Of a DNA stretch of 64,000 nt, positions 1 to 13,242 are shown one piece after another. Made by a program: the position numbers and the translations under genes. Origin of the DNA: Nemertoderma westbladi (Eukaryota > Animalia > Xenacoelomorpha); NCBI GenBank assembly GCA_032718475.1, contig JAUCBJ010004493.1, positions 49,450 to 113,449 of the forward strand, given 5' to 3'. Below the pieces are notes generated by a model that was not told the origin of the DNA, did no database searches, and worked only from the letters and a program-made list of their open reading frames with translations. Position 1 is the first letter of the stretch. Each line of letters starts with the position of its first letter.

Positions 1-2247
1 ATAGTTCCGGGCAATACTCATCAATAATTCTGTGCAACACTCATCAATAGTTCTATGCAACACTCATCAATAGTTCCGCGCAACACACATCAATATTTCC
101 ATGCAGCACTCATCAATTGTTCCGTGCAACACACATCAATAGTTCCGTGCAACACTCATCAATAGTTCTCTACGACACTCATAAATAATTCCGTGCGACA
201 ATCATCAATAGTTCTTCCATGCAACACTCAGCAAGAGTTCCGTGCAACACTCATAAATAATTCCGTGCGTCACTCATCAATAGTTCCATGCAACACTCAG
301 CAATAGTTCCGTGCAACATTCATCAACAGTTTCGTGCAATACTCATCAATAGTTCTGTGCGACACTCATAAATAGCTCTGTGCAACACTCATCAATAGTT
401 CCGTGCAACACTCATCAATAGTTATGTACGACACTCATAAATAATTCCGTGCGACACTCATCAATAGTTCCATGCAACACTCAGCAATAGTTCCGTGCAA
501 CACTCATCAACATTTTCGTGCAACACTCATCAATAGTTCTGTGCGACACTCATAAATAGCTCTGTGCAACACTCATAAAAAGTTCCGTGCAATACTCATC
601 AATAGTTCCGTGCAACACTCATCAATAATTGGGTGCAACACTCATCAATAGTTCCTGTGCGACACTCATCAATAGTTCCTGTGCGAAACTCATTAATAGT
701 TAATGTGCGACACTCATCAATAGTTCCGTGCAACACTCATCAATAGTTCCGTGCAACACACATCAATAATTCTGTGCGACACTCATCAATAGTTCATGTG
801 CGACACTCATTAACAGTTAGTGTGCGACACTCATCAATAGTTCCGTGCAACACTCATCAATAGTTCCATGCAACACTCATCAATAGTTCTGTGCGACACT
901 CATAAATAGCTCTGTGCGACACTCATCAATAGTTCCTGTGCGACACTCATTAATAGTTAATGTGCGACACTCATCAATAGTTCCGTGCAACACTCATCAA
1001 TAGTTCCGTGCAACACACATCAATAGTTCCGTGCAATACTCATCAATAATTCGGTGCAATACTCATCAATAGTTCCTGTGCGACACTCATCAATAGTTAA
1101 TGTGCGACACTCATCAATAGTTCCGTGCAACACTCATCAATAGTTCCGTGCAACACTCATCAATAGTTCCGTGCAACACTCATCAATAGTTCCGTGCAAT
1201 ACTCATCAATAATTCGGTGCAACACTCATCAATAGTTCCGTGAAATACTCATCAATAATTCGGTGCAACACTCATCAATAGTTACGTGTAACACACATCA
1301 ATAGTTCCGTGCAACACTCATCAATAGTTCTGTGCGACACTCATCAATAGTTCCGTGTAACACACATAAATAGTTCCGTGCAACATACATCAATAGTTCC
1401 GTGCAACACACATCAATAGTTCCGTGCAATACTCATCAATAATTCGGTGCAACACTCATCAATAGTTCCTGTGCGATACTCATTAATAGTTAATGTGCGA
1501 CACTCATCAATAGTTCCGTGCAACACTCATCAATAGTTCCGTGCAACACTCATCAATAGTTCCGTGCAATACTCATCAATAATTCGGTGCAACACTCATC
1601 AATAGTTCCTGTGCGACACTCATTAATAGTTAATGTGCGACACTCATCAATAGTTCCGTGCAACACTCATCAATAGTTCCGTGCAACACTCATCAATAGT
1701 TCCGTGCAACACTCATCAATAGTTCCGTGCAATACTCATCAATAATTCGGTGCAACACTCATCAATAGTTCCGTGAAATACTCATCAATAATTCGGTGCA
1801 ACACTCATCAATAGTTACGTGTAACACTCATCAATAGTTCCGTGCAACACTCATCAATAGTTCCGTGCAATACTCATCAATAATTCGGTGCAACACTCAT
1901 CAATAGTTCCGTGAAATACTCATCAATAATTCGGTGCGACACTCATCAATAGTTCCGTGCAACACTCATCAATAGTTCCGTGTAACACACATCAATAGTT
2001 CCGTGCAACACTCATCAATAGTTCCGTGCAACACTCATCAATAGTTCCGTGCAACACTCATCAATAGTTCCGTGCAATACTCATCAATAATTCGGTGCAA
2101 CACTCATGAATAGTTCCGTGAAATACTCATCAATAATTCGGTGCGACACTCATCAATAGTTCCGTGCAACACTCATCAATAGTTCCGTGTAACACACATC
2201 AATAGTTCCGTGCAACACTCATCAATAGTTCCGTGCAACACTCATCC
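1..2247. repeat. Minisatellite, 21-22 bp unit (CATCAATAGTTCCGTGCAACACT-like), about 100 copies, runs off the window start
   Basis: Contiguous head-to-tail units with variant blocks (e.g. ATAATTCGGTG, GTTAATGTGCG) that recur in higher-order fashion; no unique spacers. Confidence 0.97.
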
Positions 2248-3367
2248 ATTTTATTTACGTGAAAGATTTTCGTGGTAAACCCGAATGATATTTTTCGTAA
2301 AGTCAAATATCACTTGAATAACATTAATTAACGCCTTTAGTATTGACGGTAATTGGCGAGTCATATTATTAATATAATAATAATATTAATCTGTTGCATA
2401 ATGGTGGATGAAACAAATGGGTAGTAGGTAGGTCGAACATCAATTCCCCACATGACACAAGTTTACAGTATGTTATCGTCTCTCATTATAACCCGTCGTT
2501 ATCAAACCCTACCCCCCTCCCCACCCCTCCAGTACAGAACACATGACATAACCTTAGGGTTCCATTTTCCATTATCCGATGAGCAAAAAAAAAATGCCAC
2601 AGTAGGCCCTGGGGATGCAAATCATGAGTACTGGTTGCGATGTAAATTCCTTAACACAATAATTAGTATCATAGGTTGAGGGTTCCATACGATGTTCCCA
2701 TTATGGAGTAGTTTTAGCCCCAAGCCAACTTCAGTGTCAGCGCGTTTTAGCAGAATTAACTGCCCTTATTCCATTATTATCGTAAAATCTGCCCCCAAAT
2801 TGCCTCATAGTTTCTAGTCTATTCTGTATCCATTGCGTCAATATATCATAAATAATTTATTATATAGTAGATAACAGTAGAAGAGGGGTAATCTATATTT
2901 TATTTTCAGATAAATATTACATTGGGTAAAGAGTTTGTATTGATGGCTGGACCTATTATGCCTAATTTACCAAATGGAATTCCATTTGGTTACATAGACA
3001 TAGGTCCACCCAACAATACAAACTATATCTAATGGTACCAGCGGTCATCTGGGGAAGAACCTACCTCTACAGAAATATTACAATCTTTACTTACTTTTTG
3101 ATTTCTCAATTGAGCACCTATCATCGTAAAACGTAGGTTTATCACCGATTGTTAAAATAGAACACTTAGTTTTTATCGCCTATAATTACGACATTTACTG
3201 TCGGTTTTGCTTTTAGTGAACTATTTATTACCTTTCTAAGGTGCCTTCCGTGGATAATAAATGATTATAGTCGGTCCACTGCGATGTTGGTTGAGTTCTC
3301 CGGCGAAACAGGCGGGTACATCATCCCGGGTGCGTGGCTTTGCCAACCTATGTGTGCCTCCTTGCTG

Positions 3368-3373
3368 CAGATA

Positions 3374-3404
<31 letters not shown>

Positions 3405-3620
3405 ACTAGACGCAATAGAATTTCATCCCTCTCCGGGGGAAAATCGACGCAAATAACAGCTGATTGCTCTCAAAAATAAAGCTGTAACCTGTTCTATTGT
3501 GTTTAGTTTATTGTTTTGGTTAAAATAACGTTCCACTGTAACCTGCTCCTTTCCCTAAATTGAGAATTTAACATTGAGGCGGGATATTAATTCGCCAAGG
3601 CGGGTTTTGCGTCCAGTTCC
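3368..3620. mobile_element. Non-autonomous element end (poly-G + GAACTAGACGCAA family)
   Basis: About 230 bp match, in reverse complement, to 63325-63552 and about 120 bp direct match to 58889-59010. Short internal inverted repeat GAACTAGACGCAA (~3403) / TTGCGTCCAGTTC (~3607). Confidence 0.75.
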
Positions 3621-4104
3621 GTCTCTGTACTGTCTCCCTTGCTGGGTGAGCCAGAATATTTGTTTTCACTTTCATTCTTTAGCTACAAGCGGTCCCTGAC
3701 GATATTTCTCCAGTTACACCGCACGTATTCTTCAACCACATAGTGAATTGTTAGTTCTGTTAGAAAGCTGTCCGTGTAAGGATTCCAAATATGTAATACA
3801 AACTGAAATTCGTCATAAAATAGCTGAGATATGAGCGTTAGAAAGCTACATGGCCTTACATCTGCGCAAGGCAATTATTGTATTATTGTATGTAAAGTAC
3901 TAATTTAATTAGGAATACAATTACAAAATCATAGAATATTTATTTTCAAAATCCTCTCCACTCCTTATTAACCTCGCTGGTATAAATTATCAAGAGAGTA
4001 ATCAAAAACTTTTCATTTTCTTCATTTCATTTCATTTTTTCATTCATTTCGTCAATAATACCTTCCCAACCCATTTAATATATCATTTATCAAGCAAGCA
4101 AACA

Positions 4105-4324
4105 GTCGGCCGAAGCCGGAGGCGACCCGAAGGCTCCTCTTTCGATAGCTGCTACCCGAGGGTAGGGGTGGGCGCTACAACTATCCCAAGATTTGCTCCC
4201 AGTTATTTAACTGGTACTCATTTTATCGACCCCAGTGGATGAAAGGCTGAGTGGACCCTGGCGGGGCTAAACCTACAACCAATAGATTGCAGGCCCGGCG
4301 CTCTACCAACTGAGCTACCCCGCC
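4105..4324 (-). mobile_element. tRNA-derived SINE
   Basis: Minus strand begins GGCGGGGTAGCTCAGTTGGTAGAGCG (A box) with a degenerate B box. It continues CTCAGCCTTTCATCC..GGTCGATAAAATGAGTACC, a widespread SINE central motif, and ends in a GAGCCTTCGGGTCGCC tail. Confidence 0.8.
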
Positions 4325-7300
4325 TTTCATTTATATTATCTATATAATATATATATCATTTATAAGTCGTCATAATAAGGTCTCGTATCATGTTATACAT
4401 GAAATACCTGAGGGAAAGCTAAAGTTAAAGTTAAACTCCAATATCAGAAACCGGTTTCCATATACCATATACTAATAAAAATAATGCTATATATATGTGT
4501 TCAGATTTACAACTGTGTAAAATGTTAGGAAGAAGAAATCTATTGATACTATGAGTTATATTTTATTCAACCCAATCCAGCAGGGCTTGTCAAACATTAA
4601 TTTATCTTAATCTTAACAACTGCTAATTCTAAACCTCAGTTGATGGCATTGAAGATACTGTTCAATTTCTAGGCTTTGTAACAAATGCACCTTTTGTCTG
4701 TCTGTACCCACATAAATTCTCAATGCAGAAGAAACTGACAACAGTTATTATACCCTGTAATCATGTGTCATAGGGAATATAGTCCACACCTGGGTGTGAA
4801 TAATGATAAGATAACACAGAATTTTGAATGTGGAACTGGGGAACTGTTGCATTGTAAGGACTCGACATTCTACCGCCTACCTACCTAGCTTCGAGCTCTT
4901 CCTAGAAGTATCTCTCAATAACAATCTTATCACCTGTTTCATTCATTTTTAGACAACAATGTTTAATGTTCCTGCCAATGTCGAAACTGCCATATGGAAT
5001 AAGATTATACCGGGAATTTACAATTATATGTTCGGTATTTGGTTTCATTTTAAAATTGGTTAGCAATATTAGCATAACTCTTAGAGAGGAGAGTATAACG
5101 TGGAGGATCTATTAGTGATTCGGATTAATATCATTCCAATTAACGTCCTTCACCTCATTTATGAGTGGAATTGCGCAGAGGTTTACGGGCATTGTGATGG
5201 GTGTAGGTATAGACTACGTACGTGTTGATAATATACCATGACAATGAACTACCATCCATTAATTACATACATTTAGAGGTCACAAAGAAGGCCAGTAATT
5301 TCTTTATGAATGCATGCATAATACAATCTAGGGTGTCTTTCCATAATGGAGGTTCAAAAGCATTGACAATCGGAACGTGACATGGATACACAGTAATGCG
5401 TTTTACAAAAGGTAACAAACAGATCTACCATGTACAATTTTCTAACTTATGCACGTTTTTGCGTTCATATTTGCACATGCACATTCTACCAGCACTCAAG
5501 TATTATACTTGCAAATGAATGAAAGGCGTAGGTAATACAGCTCTAAATGCAACACTAACCCTTATTAACCCTTCAAACATCCCCCTCTATCTGGTGGACT
5601 AAATTCCATTCTACAGGTGCCAACTAAATTTTACTATTTCTTACCGCTAATTGGTATTGTTAGGCGCTGCCTGATTAAATATTGACAAGAGCTAGTGATA
5701 CTTCCTGACTTAAAGAAATTCCTGATAACAATTGCTATCAACTTTATCACCATGTCTCCCTATATTACTGGTATCGCACTTCCTAATTAGGCGTGTGGCA
5801 GGCAGGATGGCGGTATAGTGGCCTGATTTCGATGCTTCTGCACGGCAACTAGAATTGGCAGAGTTCACGTAAAACATCCGTCGCAGGGCTGCTGACAAAA
5901 AACGTCAGGATTGAAAGGTCCAAACAAATTTAATTTATATTCACTTCCGTGGGATGACATGGATTGCTACTGTGTTTCGGTCTCCCGCGAATCCCACATT
6001 TGAATGGATCGTTAATGATGTACTAACTTAATAAATCGACTTGCTGGAATTATTTAGTGTATCTTTCCTTACTCCCTCCACTCCGTATGCTTATATTTAC
6101 TGGGCGGGAAGTTGATTTCATTGAAGCACGAAGCGCTCTCAACATAGCCCAATGTTTTAGCTTATCCTGCCTCATCGACCGTATCATATAAATATTTAGT
6201 AGTTTTTCGTTTTCCTTATAAAAGTAAAGTAAAGTTGTATTCGGCCGTTTCGTCAAGGTTTAGGCACAAAGTCTGACGACTAATTCCCAGGACCAGCCTT
6301 GTAGATTACATCCAAGATAGAAGAGCTTCCAGTGTTCACGTTCATTTTACTACACTTTACTAATCATATAGATATTTAGATATTTTGGTAAAACGTTGAC
6401 TTCACAGCTCTACATAGACAGACTTCTAACTTTACAATGACTTGAAATTGCTCTACTGTTGTTGCATGAACCTCGCAAAAATAACCATTTATATTATAGT
6501 CAATTTATTTTTTACACTAGACTAGGTAACAGTAAAACCACCCTCTGGGAAATAAATTATTTCGCATGGAATTGAGTTCTACACATTTCGTGAAATTCGT
6601 AGGTAATATATAGGTAACAATAGGTATATAGGTAATAATAATACCTAGCATATTGATTACTGTTACATTTTCTGACATAATATTACAGTTTGGGGGCTCC
6701 ACTTGAACCAAGCAAAATTACCATATCAGCGAAAAATTTCCATCACATCTATTTTGGTCAGTGAAATAGTTCCCATTATGTACATTTATGATGGAATATA
6801 ATTAACAACTATATAATTAATTCTTAATAATTCATGACAAATAAAATAGTTATTGGAGACTGCGAGTCTCTGTCATCTAATTGATAACAAATTTATATAA
6901 TTTTTGTTCGATATCCATTACAATTTCAAATAATAAGAATAAATTCGAATAGTAACAGCCAATTTATTAAATATATTGAAAATCATTTACTCGCGTTGCA
7001 TCCTGACCTACTCCGTGATTCATCGTTATATAATATAGTTCGAACTCGGACTAGGTTTCGAGATAGTCAAATTCTGCAAGGAGAATAAAAATCGAATTAT
7101 CAATTTAACTTTACGATTGATTGCTTGTGGTCTCAATAGCGCTTACAAGTGATTAATAGGCTGTTTAGGGATGTTGGGTATGAATGGGTAGTGCATTGCT
7201 ATTCACTTCAGCCTCGAGACAAGATACTGACATTTTTAGGAAATAGTATCACGTGGATACGGGTTTTACTATGGATTTAATGATTACTGTTGATTCAGAC

Positions 7301-10300
7301 TCGCCTATATTGGAAGCAAACAAGATATGTCTAATATCTATCAATCTATAATCGACATGCTTCATTGAGATTTCTATAACGGCTTAACAAAAAATTGTGA
7401 ATTTTGTAAGACAAACACAATCTGCATGCTATTTTGTGGCGGCATTAAGAATGCTTTACGGCTTATCGAAAAAGTTGAAGTTTCACCGCCACAACTCCAT
7501 ATCACCCATGACTTTCGCGAGATTATTCGCATCTTGCCGTGTGTGTCATAACAGGAGTCTCAAAATTGTCACGGACTGTCCTCAGTGCGTATTCTCTCTC
7601 TGTGGTTGCCAAAGCACAAAGATTGTGCACAGGCCGGCTATTTCTTATCCAGTTGCAAATTACAGTAGGCCTACTTGTTAATTCTTCAGATGTCGCAAAC
7701 GCCATAATTATTGCCCCAAGACGACTGGGACTTGGCATTAAGACACATTTTGAAATTTAGGATATCGTTACACACCATAAAGAACGTTCTGACCCAGAAA
7801 CGTATGTAATCACTTGATTAAACTTCCGGCTTGTTGGCCACGCAAAAGCTTTAGTTGTGCAGAGGAGAGAGTTAAACTTCCAGCCCCGTGGCTAGGATTA
7901 AATTGAGTCGCATTTCCGGAAGAAAGGCTACGTATAAAATGACTAATCTATGAGAAGCGACTAAGCGAGAAAATTATATTTTCATTATTTAAACGCGAAT
8001 GAAATGTCGAATTACTTTCAGAATGAGTAAATTATTTTTCTGGTTAAAATTAAATGGTGCTTTTCCCGAAAGCTCTTTAGAACCTCGATTCAGTCCAGAT
8101 ATATCCAAAGTATTTTGGTAAATATATGTTTCACAGGGAAATATGAATGTAAAATTCTTCCCTATGTCGCATGAACCACAACTACTCTATGATGCTTGCG
8201 CGGCTAAAATATTCCATTTGTTAGGTTTTTACAGGTTAGGAACTGTAGATATTGTGCATTTCGGTCACTCCAATTGAATTCCTTTGAGATCAATTTATTC
8301 AGACAGTCTGTCTATCAATATTATTATTCTGCCCAGCTCAACAGCTTCAAGTGTAGCAATCTACATATTGGATCATTCATTATACCTTATAGCGGCTGTG
8401 CAACCTGAGCCTTGGAGAAGCAGAATGGCGAACCTAATCCCATCCCCCAACGAGATAAAGGTAAGGTTCAACTCCAAGGGAATCTAAGATTAACAAGCGT
8501 TTTCCATTATTGCATTCGAGATGTGATTCACTAATTGTACGAAAAGTTATGGCGCCTCTTCCTCTTTCATCAGATAAAAGCAAATGGCCCAATTTACATG
8601 CAGCTGTGGATGAAGGGAATGCATTCTAGTAAAATGTTATCATCGTTATAAATGTAATTGTTAAATTGGAAGGGATTGTCTATAAAATCATCAATTACCA
8701 ATGTTACTTGGGAACCAAAAATACATCGCGTTTGCGATACAATACATTTGCGATATATTAAACAACACATTGATTATGTTTGTGTGTACACAGTGTAATT
8801 CGACTACAGTTCATGGAACGTTAAAAAAAGGCGTGTTTTAAATCATACATAAACAAAAATGTTGCCAATACTATGCTTCTGTCAATTGAATTTCCTGAAT
8901 GGATCATATCAACTGTCAACCCACCTGGCAAATCATAACTTCCATATTCCACATCCCAATCATTATAGCCGCAATAAAACCGTCACTGAACTCCCTTTCC
9001 ATTGATTGCAAGATATATTCCCGATGGAGTATGGCCGTAAAAGTAATCAACGTTATCGGAATCGCCACTCGCCTAACAATTCCGTTGCTCTATGGTGTCC
9101 CGGTGGGTACACTTGGAACTGTCGAGTAACATGCTTATGCTAACTCATCTGAATAACAGTCCTTCCGCCCTCTTCGGCTTTAAACCAAGTTTCCCTTGCT
9201 CTTGCATGTATTCTCTCTCTGGTGGACAAGCTGTCTGATTGCAAACATAATTAATCTAACAAACTTTATAAGCCAGGTTCTTGGGCGCGGCACCGTTTAC
9301 CTAAACAAGGGCCAGGAAGTTACTACTCATCCAAAATAATCTCATTCTGTATAAATTTCGACATAAGGCCGACACTCTCACTAACAAACCATGCTGTCAA
9401 TGAGAAAGGAATTGCTTTGGTTTCCAAGAACAGCCGTTTTCTGTACAAGTTTTACTTTGGTCTCTTGTTGTTCATGAATTCATTAATATTTACGAAAATG
9501 TAATGATAATACTGCCAAGGTTGCATTGCTAACTGCAACTTTAAGCCTAGAAGGTGTGCATTATGGTAGTCGAGAGGTTATATTATTGGCATAAATAAAC
9601 ATGTTTCAAGTACGCTTTCGCATGACTTGTTGTAGCTTCTATTGCACGCAATTCACCGCTAATAGTCACTCAAATATCAAGAACTAACGCCTGGAAGCTG
9701 TTTTCCTAAATGTTTAACAGCTTTTAATTCTCTGAACACCCATTTAACAGAAGGTTTCAGAACTCATGCACATTGTTATCAGATATGATCTTTCATCATT
9801 CTCTCTCAAGGCTCAATATCAGGGGAAAAAACAAAAAACATCACATGTTAATTTCATGTTTTATTGAACCAAAAACGCAAAAATCTTACATATATATATA
9901 TCTCATCTGCTGATTTGAGATGACAATTCTAGCAGGGTGGCCAAGTTAATATTTAGTGCATGCAAGCTTCACTCCTTCTTACAGTTCTCATATAAACATA
10001 TATTGATTTTTTAATAATATTTTAATAAACTCACTTAGAACTGCTTTTCCAAGTCCCTATTGTTACCACTATATCGAATCAGCGATGGCCTTTATGATTC
10101 AGACATTAATCATACTGCATTCAATTCAATGAATGGGTAGCACAGTTCAGAAGTTCTTTCACCATTGGGTTTGTGCAACGATTGCCAATAATTCTACCAA
10201 CCTCATTATTTAACTCATAATATTTTTGAACAATGCCGTGAATATTTCCATAACATGGTGAAACTATCGCTAAAGCTAACCAATCGCATACTCACCATTT

Positions 10301-10595
10301 TCACAAAATAATTTTTCATGTCACATACTGTACGTCAGCAACATGGAAAACAATAGTTATTCCAATAGTATCGGCTAAATATTGAAAATTCATATGATTA
10401 TCGTTGAACTACAATGCCATACCTCCACATTTGAATGTTTTTAGCGTCTTCTAATTTTATTCGGAACAGTTTAAAAAAATAATCAAGCTGCATTACGCAT
10501 ATATTATTAGCTTTAAGAAATCTACGATTTGAGAAATTTTCATACTGCCACAAAATTTACCTATAATTTAGTTTGTTATGTTCCGTAACAGGAGC

Positions 10596-11062
10596 CAATG
10601 TGTGGCGATGGTCCACCTATATGTGGCGATGGTCCACCTATATGTGGCGATGGTCCACCTATATGTGGCGATGGTCCACCTATATGTGGCGATGGTCCAC
10701 CTATATGTGGCGATAGTCCACCTATATGTGGCGATGGTCCACCTATATGTGGCGATGGTCCACCTATATGTGGCGATGGTCCACCTATATGTGGCGATGG
10801 TCCACCTATATGTGGCGATGGTCCACCTATATGTGGCGATGGTCCACCTATATGTGGCGATAGTCCACCTATATGTGGCGATGGTCCACCTATATGTGGC
10901 GATGGTCCACCTATATGTGGCGATGGTCCACCTATATGTGGCGATGGTCCACCTATATGTGGCGATGGTCCACCTATATGTGGCGATGGTCCACCTATAT
11001 GTGGCAATGGTCCACCTATATGTGGCGATGGTCCATCTATATGTGGCGATGGTCCACCTATA
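10596..11062. repeat. Minisatellite, 21 bp unit (ATGTGGCGATGGTCCACCTAT), about 22 near-identical copies
   Basis: Direct tandem units; they explain the repetitive ORFs on both strands. Confidence 0.97.
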
Positions 11063-12537
11063 TCGAAATCATGTCGCATCCGAAGTGATACCGGTACTTA
11101 ACTAAATCCATAAAACAATATCATATTCATGAGCGATTAATCAGCATTCGTTAAGTGAATCCTGTTATTAAAATCCACATTCTCTGTTATTATTTTCATC
11201 TCCAGAAGAAAATATTGTAGCAGTAGAAGGTGTAGTTTGACATTGAAGTATTTAGTGGCCCTTATTGTTCTGTAGGATTTCAATAATGAACGTATCGGCG
11301 AAAGTTAAGTTTTGAGTCAAAAATTGTGTCGTTGTAGAAAACCCTTCTTATCTCATTCCGATGGTAGTAGCATTGGATGGATCGTTGTGGGCAGTTTGCA
11401 GTAATGAATAGGGAGGCATTGGTTGGCGCTGCAATGAAGCTTGAAGAAATAGTATCCTGTTCCTGTTACCTTGTTGTTTTATGTCCTCGGGGTGACAACC
11501 TGATACCAGCTATCAATTTCCACCCTATTAAAGTAAGTTAATTAATTACGGATTTAGTGGAGGTGAACGTCACATAATAATGGAGCAAACGCCCGCGTTG
11601 GATGCAATCTGAAATCCCTTTAGGGATTTATAGTATAGTTCTGGGGTGGGGGGGCACTGGAAATAATATTCAGACAGACTTTGTGCTGGTGGAATAGCTT
11701 TTGAATGGAATGGCTTTTTAGGTCCGCGTGTAAGTGTAACGAGTCTACCCGTTATATCTCATTTTCCATTTACTTTATTTTCTATGTACATTATTATTGT
11801 CCATACAATTTAATAATCCATAATGTCTATTGGGGGGGGGGGGGGGGGGGAAATACATTATTATGAATCACTTTGGACGACAAACTTAACTTGGGAAGTA
11901 ATTAATGGGAAATTCTAATAGGAAGATTTTCGACTCAGTCGCTCTACACTGATCTACGGTAACGGTACTCATTACATCAGTGAACCTGTAATTGCAGTTT
12001 CAATTCAAACCACACATAATGCAATGACGGGTGTTTTAAACAAGTCGTTTGTTTAATTAGAGACGAGTTCAGTAATTATTATAAAAGTGCTTTGAAATCC
12101 ATGAAATATTGATATTGTAATAAGTTGTTCAGAAATGGAAAATATATGAAGTATACCCTACTTTCTGCCGTTATATTTCACTTTGCAGTTACCCCCATGT
12201 GAAGAATCAGGTTTTCACCAAAAACACAAGTTACAGAAGGGCTGAATCTAACCAAAACAATAAACGAATTAGTATATGTACTGGTTATAAGACAGAAATA
12301 AGCGCTATAAAACACTTAATAAAGATAAATTAAAAAAAAAAATCTTCATATATAAAATTCCAATAAAAAGTCGACCGAAAAGTGAAATCCTGGTATTCTT
12401 CACATGGGCGCTGATTGTTGCGTTCTATTCTATTCTGTTTAAATCTCTATCCTGTTTATACGGAAAGTGAACTACTAAGAATGTGTTAACATTTTATGAC
12501 TTTCGTTTCAGTATTTTATTCATTTATATTTACACAG

Positions 12538-13242
12538 CTTCATTCTATGGAAACAGTCATATATATTTGAACCGAACTTACAACGAAACTCAACTCTCAA
12601 TATCCATTCAATTCCGGACAACACAAGAGAATGCGCTGCTCTTCACCGGAGCGGGCTGGTCGCTGGGCGACGACTATATTGTTCTGGAACTGCGTCGCGG
12701 CGCGATCGTGTGCCGTATTAACGCCGGGGAGGGGGAGGTCCGACTGCATACCAAAGGCTCCCATCGCTACAACGACTTCCGTTGGCAACGAGCCGAAATC
12801 TCCCAGACGTACGAGGACGTCACCCTCCAGGTGAACGAAGACCGCCCGATATCCGGGACTCTGATTGGTCCGGACACGGCGGTCGAACTCGATCGGGGGA
12901 TATTCATTGGCGGAACGGGAGACAATCTCGTAAAGTCTCTCCGACATTCCGATATAAATTACCGGGGTTGTATCGCTAAACTCACAATAAACGGCGAGGA
13001 TGTCATTCAATCAGCTGAGACTGAATACCATAGCAACCCGGGTATGGTTAGTCACGTGACCTGGGATTGTAACCCCGAGATTTCTGGGTCTGGGGATGCT
13101 CCAATCAGCTTCGTGGAATTTACTTCACATTTGGCATTCCCACCATGGAAACTAAAAGAACGCGGAACTGTTTCCATGACAATGAAAACCAATCGCAACT
13201 CTGGAATACTGTTGTTTGCATCCAATAGGAAAGCTAACCAAG
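12538..13242 (+). CDS. CSPG4: CSPG4 exon: LamG1 and start of LamG2
   Basis: acacag|CTTCATTC ... CAAG|gtaatg, phase 1/1; FRTTQENALLF, NDFRWQ, YRGCI LamG motifs. Confidence 0.9.

Noticed and set aside
1-2247. Possible CRISPR array
   Set aside because: Units are contiguous with no unique spacers, there are no cas genes, and the context is eukaryotic.
4250-4324. Functional tRNA gene
   Set aside because: B box and stems are degenerate and it continues into a SINE body.
6466-6530. Candidate CSPG4 signal-peptide exon (MNLAKITIYIIVNLFFTLD)
   Set aside because: An in-frame TAG immediately precedes the GT donor and the phase does not match the phase-1 acceptor at 12538. The true first exon remains unlocated.
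7397-7681. CRVC..TDCPQC..LC motif resembling a piggyBac C-terminal Cys-rich domain
   Set aside because: No upstream transposase motifs or TTAA-bounded TIRs were recognised; could be chance.
10576-11105. GGPSPHI / CGDGPPI / MVHLYVA repeat ORFs
   Set aside because: They come from a 21-bp minisatellite, are open on both strands, and have no supporting gene structure.
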